A stretch of 11,367 nucleotides of DNA from a virus. Lineage: Duplodnaviria; Heunggongvirae; Uroviricota; Caudoviricetes. The notes below the pieces were generated by a model. That model did not search any database, was not told the DNA's origin, and saw only the letters and a program-made list of their open reading frames with translations. The stretch lies in the IMG/VR virus record IMGVR_UViG_2718217897_000002; one strand, 5' to 3'. Positions 1-6,622 of the stretch are shown in pieces (the stretch's first letter is position 1; the number at the start of each line of letters is the position of its first letter). The position numbers and the translations under genes are program-made.

Positions 1-192
1 TTAGTTGCTACGCGATTCGGCTATACGTTGATCGATCCAGTCATCGATCTCGCTTTCAATAAAAGCTATTGCGCGAGAACCAATCTTGACTGATTGGGGG
101 AATTGTCCTCGGCTCATCAGAGCATATACCCACGCCTTGCTATAGCCAGTGCGTTTCAAAACGTCAGATAGCCGAATCAGCGACTTTTTCAT
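1..192 (-). CDS. alpA: AlpA-family HTH regulator of prophages/integrative islands (excisionase-like), 63 aa
   Basis: Complete ORF (ATG at 192, TAA at 3-1). Small basic protein with the AlpA pattern (LIRLSDVLKRTGYSKAWVYALMSRGQFP...IAFIESEIDDWI). Lies beside an integrase fragment, as in P4/CP4-57-type islands. Family assigned from recalled homology. Confidence 0.75.
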   Translation of the reverse strand: MKKSLIRLSDVLKRTGYSKAWVYALMSRGQFPQSVKIGSRAIAFIESEIDDWIDQRIAESRSN

Positions 193-293
193 ATCTACCT
201 CGTAATACGTTGCTTGACTATGTGAGATAGTAAATCATTGTTTTTTTAAGTTTTCTGTGAATTTGGAGAAAAAGTTTTCGGGAAAGGAATTGT

Positions 294-335
294 CCCAAAT
301 TGGGCGTTTGTTTTCGTCTCTCCAGCCAATTTGGG
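294..335. promoter_or_regulatory. Pair of near-palindromic boxes CCCAAATTGGG (294-304) and CCAATTTGGG (326-335) upstream of alpA; candidate operator
   Basis: Seen directly: the two boxes are reverse complements of each other, each nearly self-palindromic, about 21 bp apart, in the 156-bp gap between the orf246 stop and the alpA start. Confidence 0.25.
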
Positions 336-348
336 AACATCAATTATT

Positions 349-1089
349 TTACTTGGTTATCTTTCCCAAAAAATTGGGTGCGTGCCGCTGCAAAGTCTTT
401 TTTAGAAGCGTTCTTAGATTATCCATGGTCATGCCAGCATCATTGTATTCTTCACTGTACTTTGCGATGTTGTTTGCTGCTTTCTCGCACACCGCGGACT
501 GGTTGAGCTTTCCATTCTTTCTAACGTCCTCGCTGGATTCATATAAAGCAATCGCCAGCCCAGCAATCATTTTCCAGGCGGTGTTTTTGCCGCGCCAGTC
601 ACTGGGGAGCGACCCACTTTCTGTTTCCTCTGCTATCGGTTCATCAATGTTGTGATCTTCCAGTTCTGGGAAGAAGCTCACAAGCTCGGACCGCTTGAAA
701 TAAAACGAATCGTAAGACCCATACCAATCATCCTCATCATCGTGATATAAAAAGTCTTCTCCTTTCCTAACGTTGAAAGTCCCTTCTTCCCCCGGTATCG
801 GGCTCTCCCTGTATTCATGCCCCATAGCCAGAAGACCTAAAAACTCCACACACTGCTTTTCAAAGTCTTCATTAGTCGTAAAACCAGATACCCAATCGAA
901 CTGATAAAAGCCCAGCCCCCCTAAAGTATCTGGTTTAGTCTTGCTCAATCTGTAGTTACTTAAGATAGCGGCAGCTATCATTCTTTCATTTTCATTGTTT
1001 AGTCTTGCCAGTTCGCTGATCAGATTACCAAACCAGATTTTATCTTCTGACTCGTTATAAAACGCATCTAGTCCTGTCATCTTAGTCAC
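349..1089 (-). CDS. Hypothetical acidic protein, 246 aa, between the integrase fragment and alpA
   Basis: Long ORF with GTG start at 1089 preceded by SD GGAAGGAGA (6-nt spacer). Overlaps the integrase-fragment stop by 8 bp. No motif I recognise; Asp/Glu-rich central region. Confidence 0.6.
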   Translation of the reverse strand: MTKMTGLDAFYNESEDKIWFGNLISELARLNNENERMIAAAILSNYRLSKTKPDTLGGLGFYQFDWVSGFTTNEDFEKQCVEFLGLLAMGHEYRESPIPGEEGTFNVRKGEDFLYHDDEDDWYGSYDSFYFKRSELVSFFPELEDHNIDEPIAEETESGSLPSDWRGKNTAWKMIAGLAIALYESSEDVRKNGKLNQSAVCEKAANNIAKYSEEYNDAGMTMDNLRTLLKKTLQRHAPNFLGKITK

Positions 1090-1813
1090 GGCGTGTTCTC
1101 CTTCCGAACTCGTAAGGGCTTATGTGTATTTCTCGATTGGCGTCCAGATAATCTGCCCACCATTGAAGCATTAGTTTGCGCTCTTCTAAGTAATCAGCCT
1201 TGTGCTTGTAGGCTCTTTTAACGTCTTTATATTCTTTGTGGCTCATCTGGCGCTCTACTGCGTCCTCCTGCCACAAACCGGACTCCATCAGGGAACTACA
1301 GGCTGTGGCACGGAATCCATGTCCAGTTACGTCCTCTTGCGTGTTATAGCCCATTAAGCGTAATGCCTTGTTTACCGTGTTTTCACTCATCACGCCTTTG
1401 GTGTTTCTTTCATTCGGAAACACAACATCGTAGCTTCCGCTTAGTTCTCTCAACTGCTTTACAATAGAAACAGCCTGACGGCTAAGAAGCACGATATGTT
1501 CGTCTTTTCCCGTCTTTGTGCCACGGGTGGAAAACCTCACACCATCGATAGGCTCTCTTTTTTTAGGGATAATCCACTCAGCCCGATCAAGGTCAAACTC
1601 TTTCCAACGGGCAAACCTTAACTCGCTTGAACGAACAAAGGTCAACATGGTTAGCTCAATGGCAAGGCGGGTAAGAGGATTACCTTTAAAGCTGCCCAAT
1701 CGAGTGAAAAAGTCTGGTAAATCTCTGGGATGTAGTGCGGCATGATGCTTAGTTTCATATTGCATTAGCCGATATTCCTCAGAGCTTGGAAGAATTGCTG
1801 ATGCATATGGCAC
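1082..1813 (-). pseudogene. 5'-truncated P4-type tyrosine integrase (C-terminal catalytic domain only, 243 codons)
   Basis: Translation aligns with the C-terminal half of P4-family integrases (HGFRATACS...KRAYKHKADYLEERKLMLQWWADYLD, parallel to the IntS C-terminus at 6680-7837). The frame is closed by a stop only 8 codons upstream of the first possible start (1838-1840), and no N-terminal arm/core-binding domain is encoded upstream in any frame. Confidence 0.7.
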
Positions 1814-1829
1814 TCTTGCAAGAGCAGCT

Positions 1830-2270
1830 GTGAAACCTCAGCAGTATATTGAAAGAACAGGGAGAACTGCCAATGTACTACGCGATCTTGATGCTGGTTT
1901 ATCCAACGTTACATCAACAGTGTTAAATGCAATTGCCAACTCAACATCAGGTGCCATTGTTGGTGGAGCAGGAGGCGGGGGCGTTGCTGGCGCTGCCGCA
2001 GGTGCTTTAATTGGCGCCGGGTTAAAAGGCGCTGTATCTAAAATTGCCACCACACGTAGTGGTCGGTATGCGATAGAGAAAGCAGTTCAGGAAGCAACTA
2101 AAGCAGTAAGAGCAGGCGGAAGCAAAGAAGCATTAGTGGCGGCTGAACGCAGATTTATGGCAAATAAAGCTGCCGTAAAAGCAATACGTGATACAGTCGG
2201 AAACGAAGAGTTCAATCGCTTAGCGAGGGCTGGCATTGTAGCGTCGCTAAGCGGAATAGCACAGGAGTAA
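1830..2270 (+). CDS. Gly/Ala-rich glycine-zipper protein (146 aa); possibly the 3' remnant of a larger gene
   Basis: ORF with GTG start at the deletion junction. Central segment AIVGGAGGGGVAGAAAGALIGAGLKGAV is a glycine-zipper-like hydrophobic stretch flanked by Ala/Lys/Arg-rich helices. More GC-rich than the neighbouring cassette. Minus-strand ORFs here are Pro/Ala-rich antisense artefacts. Function unknown. Confidence 0.4.
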   Translation: MKPQQYIERTGRTANVLRDLDAGLSNVTSTVLNAIANSTSGAIVGGAGGGGVAGAAAGALIGAGLKGAVSKIATTRSGRYAIEKAVQEATKAVRAGGSKEALVAAERRFMANKAAVKAIRDTVGNEEFNRLARAGIVASLSGIAQE

Positions 2271-2594
2271 TTAATCATCCATGGATGGATTGAGCTTATC
2301 TCGTGTTGATGTGGCGATTTGTCCTACATTTCTAAGCCAAGATTTCAAATCCTTGATATTGTCATTGATTTCATGAATATCTTCTTTTTTTAATCTGTTA
2401 ACATTATTTTCAATAATTTCAATGGATTGCTCAATATCAGATATAGTGAATGATAGTTTGTTCTTCTCATCTTTTATTGAGTTTTTAAGTGCTTCGTTCT
2501 CAGTCTTGAGGTCAGATATCTTTTGTTTTAAAGATGCCAGTTGGTACTGAACCACAATGAGTGCGATAGCTATCACGATAACTGTTGTATACAC
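2271..2594 (-). CDS. N-terminally membrane-anchored coiled-coil protein (about 107 aa)
   Basis: GTG at 2594 is preceded on the minus strand by a strong SD AAGGAGG (plus 2602-2608) with a 5-nt spacer. Product begins with a hydrophobic helix (YTTVIVIAIALIVVQY) followed by a heptad-like Lys/Glu/Asn-rich region. The longer ORF reaching 2810 would overlap the divergent gene and has no SD, so the short start is preferred. Confidence 0.5.
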   Translation of the reverse strand: MYTTVIVIAIALIVVQYQLASLKQKISDLKTENEALKNSIKDEKNKLSFTISDIEQSIEIIENNVNRLKKEDIHEINDNIKDLKSWLRNVGQIATSTRDKLNPSMDD

Positions 2595-2624
2595 ACCAAC
2601 CTCCTTAGTTTTGCGCAGGATACC

Positions 2625-2990
2625 ATGAAAAAAGTTAACATTGGAAACGTACCAAAGATGCTCGTTCCGCTCTTTGAGAGCGGTACAATTGTGTTTTGTA
2701 GAGACTTTCCAGAATGGCAACGCCTGCATCAAAAACTTGGCGTTGACGTGCATGACTCGGACGCCAACGGAGCGTCTCATACAATGAGTAGCGAGAATGG
2801 TGTTTTGCATGTGATAGGCGTGTTCAATGGCAAACTATCTACTATTGCCCATGAGTGCGCTCACATGGCATTCGATATCTGCTCAAGGGTAGGTGTTGAT
2901 GTTGAACCAGGAAGAGCCAACGAGACTTACTGCTACTTAATGAGCAGGCTTGTTGAGTTCTGCGAGCGACATATCAAAAAGCCGGAGTGA
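2625..2990 (+). CDS. Small HExxH-motif protein, possible minimal Zn-metallopeptidase (ImmA/IrrE-like motif), about 121 aa
   Basis: ATG at 2625 with AGGA at 2617-2620. Motif STIAHECAHMAFD (HECAH encoded at 2850-2864) with Glu 19 and 25 residues downstream. The ORF-track start at 2541 would overlap the divergent gene. Stop lies inside a hairpin (2979-2998). Fold and activity unverified. Confidence 0.5.
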   Translation: MKKVNIGNVPKMLVPLFESGTIVFCRDFPEWQRLHQKLGVDVHDSDANGASHTMSSENGVLHVIGVFNGKLSTIAHECAHMAFDICSRVGVDVEPGRANETYCYLMSRLVEFCERHIKKPE

Positions 2991-2998
2991 CCCGGCTT
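2979..2998. terminator. Hairpin between the convergent HExxH gene and the small basic protein gene; candidate bidirectional terminator
   Basis: Stem AAGCCGG (2979-2985) / CCGGCTT (2992-2998), 6-nt loop. On the minus strand it is followed at once by a T-run (plus 2971-2978 is an A-run); on the plus strand it is followed by T-rich GATTATTACTTTTT. Confidence 0.4.
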
Positions 2999-3003
2999 GA
3001 TTA

Positions 3004-3183
3004 TTACTTTTTGCTGTCTGGAGTTCGCTTATCTAATACCCAGCCATGACCTGGCTTTGTTGTTGGTGGAAGCCTTTCGTTGTCCTTGACGGTGGCAAAA
3101 TTGTCTTTCTTACCGCCGCGTGGGCCAACTTCTTGGTATATTCCGCCGTTTTTTCCTGTGTTTTCACCTGGTTTTTTCGCCAT
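3004..3183 (-). CDS. Small basic Gly/Lys/Pro-rich hydrophilic protein (about 59 aa)
   Basis: ATG at 3183 preceded by SD GAGGT (6-nt spacer). Product MAKKPGENTGKNGGIYQEVGPRGGKKDNFATVKDNERLPPTTKPGHGWVLDKRTPDSKK, no hydrophobic segment. It loosely recalls small uncharacterised YjzC-like proteins, but I cannot verify that. The overlapping plus ORF 3046-3240 is judged antisense. Confidence 0.5.
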   Translation of the reverse strand: MAKKPGENTGKNGGIYQEVGPRGGKKDNFATVKDNERLPPTTKPGHGWVLDKRTPDSKK

Positions 3184-3275
3184 GATATACCTCAACATAC
3201 ACCCGTTATTGGGCGATTAAATATTGATCTCATTTTATAAGTAGTCAATATGGCCCAGGTAAATGCAAAAATTAA

Positions 3276-3297
3276 CCCACCGTCAGGTGGTTTTTTT
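3276..3297 (+). terminator. Rho-independent terminator-like hairpin (CCACC-GTCA-GGTGG followed by T7)
   Basis: 5-bp GC-rich stem 3277-3281 / 3286-3290, tetraloop, seven T at 3291-3297. An A-run precedes it, so it could work in both directions. Confidence 0.5.
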
Positions 3298-3348
3298 GTA
3301 CAAATCCTTCAGCCAGTACATAACTACTGACAGATAACCAACGCAACG

Positions 3349-3372
3349 ATCCAGCTTCGGCTGGGTTTTTTT
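3349..3372 (+). terminator. Rho-independent terminator (stem with TTCG tetraloop followed by T7)
   Basis: Stem ATCCAGC (3349-3355) / GCTGGGT (3360-3366), TTCG loop, then T-run 3366-3372. Confidence 0.55.
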
Positions 3373-3561
3373 ATGCCCAAAATTCACCGTAGCCATGCTG
3401 CGGAGATTCCTTGTATCTGGAGCAAATTAAATGACAGATATTATAAATGGGAATTGTTATTTAATAATGTTTGAAAATAAAAATCATGGACGATAGGAAT
3501 AAAGGTATTACTTGTTTTTATTTTTGTAAGTGACGCATTAAGCGCATAAATAATATGCCTG

Positions 3562-3590
3562 TTGATCAAGATTCTTGAGTATTGTAAAAT
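3562..3590 (+). promoter_or_regulatory. Candidate sigma70 promoter for the tailspike operon
   Basis: TTGATC (3562-3567), 17-bp spacer, TAAAAT (3585-3590), in an AT-rich leader about 125 bp upstream of the tailspike start. Confidence 0.4.
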
Positions 3591-3714
3591 AATCGTTTTG
3601 TTCATGTTGCATGGTTTTTAAATGAATAGAAGGTTATTTTTCAAAACAATTGCATCTTTGTCTGCAGTCATTCCGTTTTCTTCAATATCTAAATCTTCAA
3701 ACAGGATGACTAAT

Positions 3715-6300
3715 ATGCCTGATATAACCCCAAATGTTGTGATAGGTATGCCATCGCAACTCTTCACAATGGCTAGCTCTTTTAAAACCGTAGCAAATGG
3801 AAAAATTTATATCGGTAAGATTGACACAGATCCGGTAAATCCAGAAAACCAGATTCCAGTATATCTGGAACGAGAAGATGGTACTTATGTTCAGGTGCCA
3901 CAGCCAATCGTTATCAATGCTGCTGGATACCCGGTATACAACGGACAGATTTCCAAATTCGTTACCGTGCAAGGCCATTCTATGGCTGTTTACGATGCAT
4001 ATGGTACGCAGCAGTTCTATTTTCCGAATGTGCTTAAGTACGATCCTGATCAATTAAGACAACAATTAGAAGACCCGGAAGGTGCTAAAAAATATCATGA
4101 ATTGCAGATGTCTCGGTGGCGTGATGACGCTGACCCTCGCGGATGGGGAGCAAAAGGTGATGGCATCACCGATGACACATTATCTTTTCAAGAGTTAGAA
4201 AAACAAATCACAGGAAGGATTGTTGATCTAAGGGGTAATACATATATAACAGATCAAGTTTATGATGGAAATAAGTATATAAATGGCTATTTTCGCACAG
4301 AGAATCGATTACTGCCAGATGCTGATTTTACTGAAAAAAGAATACAAACTATAAAAAAGGGGATGTATACAGGTTTCAGATCTTCTACTCCTAATCATGT
4401 TAAGTCAGGGTTGCGACTGGCAACAATTAAAAATACTGTCATACAAGGTGCTGTTCTTGATTATTATGACAGTGTTCTTTATTGCTTGGTAAATGTGAGT
4501 GGCAGCGTTAGTTCTGGTGATGAAGTTAATAAAGTTGTTGCTTATAATTGGTTTGGGAATGAAGAGTTAACTCCTCTTTGGGAGACTAAAGGTAGTAGAG
4601 AATTAGGACATCAATGTCTTGGTTTAACCATAGGGCGCGTTGGTTTTCGTAACACAAGAGGCCAGTTACAGATATGGGGGTTAGCTGGCACAACTAAAGG
4701 AGAGGATCGCGCAAAGTATATCACCAGATTCACCCCTACTGATGGTGGTGAAATTGAACCAGAGTTTTTTCTCATATGGGAAGATGGTTACGAGAATCAG
4801 GTAAATGTTTTATGCACCGACCCTATGAGTCGATGGCTGATTACTACAGCAAAACGTTATGTTGGCCCAGGTGAGAGCCCATCAACACCAGATCAAATTC
4901 GCTATTATGTAAAAGTATTTGATACCAGTAAATTTATTAACCCGCAGGCGTACAATTACGATTATCGTAATGAAGCAACTTTTGAATTTGAAATTGCTGA
5001 TTTTGTGAGGGATATGCAAACAGTTGCGTGTGACGGTACTGCTATTTATTTTTGTCAGGCTGGATCTGCATATTCTTCAACCAGAAAATATTTGCATCAG
5101 TACACACTTGATGGTGTTTATCTTGGGGTGCAGCAAATACAGGCAGGTGCAGGAAGAGCCTATGAAATAGCAGATCCAAATGATACCGGAACGCCAGATG
5201 TTAGCAATCTTACATATGAACCAGAAGCAATGTTTTTCCGTATGATTGCAGGTGGGTATGACCTTGTAATGGGGAATACAAATGGCATACCAGATGGTGA
5301 TAGTGGGCGAGAAACTACATTTTACACATTAATGCCACAACAGGTAATGCATGTAAAAACAACATCAAGAAATCAGCCTGGTATTATCATTGATTCAACC
5401 CATGATATTGTCACTAACTCTGGTTTGTTAAGCCTTGGTAAAATTATGCCTGGTGGTGAAGTCATAGAGCAGGCAAACCTTGATGACAAAGGATTCACTG
5501 TTTCGAGGGCAACAACACAAGCCGCCCGTTATGATGCAAAGAATACGTTACGGAATGTAACTTTTCATGTTAGTGAAAAAGGTGATACCGGTATTTATGA
5601 CTTTACCAATGCTCAATGGATATTTAAATCTCCCTTATCAACATCTTCATATTCGTATATCGGTCAGTCAGCGGAGGTTAATGGCTATATAAGTGCTAAT
5701 AAAGATAATACGTCATCATGTGGGACATCATCTAAACGGTGGACGCAAGTATATGCAACTAATGGGGCAATAAATACTTCAGACCAGACATTGAAAACAA
5801 AGCCACTGACAGTAGAGCAACTTTCAGAAATCATGGAGGTGGATCAGGATGCAATTCTTGACGCATGGGGTGACGTAAATATTATCGTTTACCAGTGGTT
5901 GTCCGATATTAAGGCTAAAGGTTCGGATACTGCTCGTTGGCATTTCGGAGCAATTGCACAGCAGGTAAGAGATGCGTTTCTTGCAAAGGGGATAGATGGA
6001 ACAAGATTTGGCTTGCTATGTCATGATAAATGGGATGATGAGTACCAACCTGTAATGGCACAGCGCAAGGTGTCATTTATAGCTAAATCCCCTGAAGGAG
6101 AAGACATCGTTCACGAATACTTTGAAGAATACGATACTGGTGACACGGAACTGGTTGTACATGCTGGTGAGCGTTGGGGATTGCGTCCAGATGAATGTTT
6201 GTGGTTGGAGGCTGCATTCCAGCGAAGAAGGTGTGAACGTATTGAATCTCGTTTAACAGAGCTTGAATTGATAATTAAAAAAGCAAAAGAGATAGAGTAG
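3715..6300 (+). CDS. Phage tailspike protein: P22/Sf6-type N-terminal head-binding domain, central beta-helix (pectate-lyase-like) receptor-binding/depolymerase domain, C-terminal intramolecular chaperone (peptidase S74-like) domain
   Basis: N-terminus [18 protein letters not shown]...[27 protein letters not shown]...[15 protein letters not shown]...NVLKYDPDQ closely matches the P22/Sf6 tailspike particle-binding domain as I recall it. [13 protein letters not shown] (4141-4179) is the usual start of a right-handed beta-helix. C-terminal SDQTLK...[12 protein letters not shown] resembles the auto-cleaving chaperone domain of endosialidase and T5 L-shaped fibres. Start chosen at the ATG with AGGA 8 nt upstream; the ORF stays open back to 3622, with 3706 as an alternative start. 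Confidence 0.9.
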   Translation: MPDITPNVVIGMPSQLFTMASSFKTVANGKIYIGKIDTDPVNPENQIPVYLEREDGTYVQVPQPIVINAAGYPVYNGQISKFVTVQGHSMAVYDAYGTQQFYFPNVLKYDPDQLRQQLEDPEGAKKYHELQMSRWRDDADPRGWGAKGDGITDDTLSFQELEKQITGRIVDLRGNTYITDQVYDGNKYINGYFRTENRLLPDADFTEKRIQTIKKGMYTGFRSSTPNHVKSGLRLATIKNTVIQGAVLDYYDSVLYCLVNVSGSVSSGDEVNKVVAYNWFGNEELTPLWETKGSRELGHQCLGLTIGRVGFRNTRGQLQIWGLAGTTKGEDRAKYITRFTPTDGGEIEPEFFLIWEDGYENQVNVLCTDPMSRWLITTAKRYVGPGESPSTPDQIRYYVKVFDTSKFINPQAYNYDYRNEATFEFEIADFVRDMQTVACDGTAIYFCQAGSAYSSTRKYLHQYTLDGVYLGVQQIQAGAGRAYEIADPNDTGTPDVSNLTYEPEAMFFRMIAGGYDLVMGNTNGIPDGDSGRETTFYTLMPQQVMHVKTTSRNQPGIIIDSTHDIVTNSGLLSLGKIMPGGEVIEQANLDDKGFTVSRATTQAARYDAKNTLRNVTFHVSEKGDTGIYDFTNAQWIFKSPLSTSSYSYIGQSAEVNGYISANKDNTSSCGTSSKRWTQVYATNGAINTSDQTLKTKPLTVEQLSEIMEVDQDAILDAWGDVNIIVYQWLSDIKAKGSDTARWHFGAIAQQVRDAFLAKGIDGTRFGLLCHDKWDDEYQPVMAQRKVSFIAKSPEGEDIVHEYFEEYDTGDTELVVHAGERWGLRPDECLWLEAAFQRRRCERIESRLTELELIIKKAKEIE

Positions 6301-6588
6301 ATGGATAAAACCCCAATTCATCACGCACTTTGCGCTGTGGTCGCACAGGTACTGGTTGGTCTTTTTACCGGAAACTGGGCTTACGGAGCGATAGCCGGTT
6401 GTACATTCTTCATCGCTCGTGAACATACCCAGGCAGAATATCGCTGGATTGAAATGTTCGGACATGGCAAGCGAATGAATATGCCGTGGTGGGGCGGTTT
6501 TGATCCGCGCGCTTGGGATGTGGCAAGCCTGATGGATTTTTCTTTCCCAATTATCGGATGCTTATTGGTATGGATTCTTGCATCGTAG
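6301..6588 (+). CDS. Small integral membrane protein (95 aa), co-transcribed with the tailspike gene; unknown function
   Basis: ATG at 6301 directly follows the tailspike TAG (6298-6300). Hydrophobic N-terminal segment (ALCAVVAQVLVGLFTGNWAYGAIAGCTFFIA) and C-terminal segment (FPIIGCLLVWILAS) with a Trp-rich loop between. Sits where P22-like phages carry O-antigen modification genes. Confidence 0.55.
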   Translation: MDKTPIHHALCAVVAQVLVGLFTGNWAYGAIAGCTFFIAREHTQAEYRWIEMFGHGKRMNMPWWGGFDPRAWDVASLMDFSFPIIGCLLVWILAS

Positions 6589-6622
6589 TTAACACAGAGT
6601 TACCTATGAGACAAAACTAAGG

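Noticed and set aside
257-655. Plus-strand ORFs 257-655 (132 aa) and 300-506 (68 aa)
   Set aside because: Antisense to the better-supported 246-aa minus-strand gene; Cys/Leu/Ser-rich low-complexity translation, no SD.
1518-1745. Plus-strand ORF 1518-1745 (75 aa)
   Set aside because: Lies entirely antisense within the integrase-fragment coding region; Arg/Ser-rich translation typical of an antisense frame.
1838-2278. Minus-strand ORFs 1838-2053 and 2087-2278
   Set aside because: Pro/Ala-rich translations are the antisense image of the Gly/Ala-rich plus-strand gene.
2541-2624. N-terminal extension of the HExxH ORF to 2541
   Set aside because: The extension is Cys/His/Asn-rich, overlaps the divergent gene, and the ATG at 2625 has an AGGA upstream.
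2595-2810. N-terminal extension of the minus-strand ORF to 2810 (179-aa version)
   Set aside because: It would overlap the divergent HExxH gene by about 185 bp and has no SD, whereas the GTG at 2594 has a perfect AAGGAGG. Short start preferred, but not proven.
3046-3240. Plus-strand ORF 3046-3240 (64 aa, hydrophobic, Trp/Phe-rich)
   Set aside because: Antisense to the small basic protein gene, which has a good SD and a terminator. Cannot be fully excluded as a real small membrane protein.
3431-3496. 21-codon ORF (MTDIINGNCYLIMFENKNHGR) with GGAG 8 nt upstream, in the tailspike leader
   Set aside because: Very short, in an AT-rich region where such ORFs arise by chance. Could be a leader peptide, but there is no supporting evidence.
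3622-3714. N-terminal extension of the tailspike ORF ([16 protein letters not shown]...)
   Set aside because: No SD at 3622. P22/Sf6 tailspikes begin at the M-x-D-I-T motif, which here has AGGA 8 nt upstream.
3697-4053. Minus-strand ORF 3697-4053 (118 aa)
   Set aside because: Antisense within the tailspike head-binding domain coding region.
6253-6465. Minus-strand ORF 6253-6465 (70 aa)
   Set aside because: Antisense across the tailspike/membrane-protein junction; Cys/Phe-rich with no SD.
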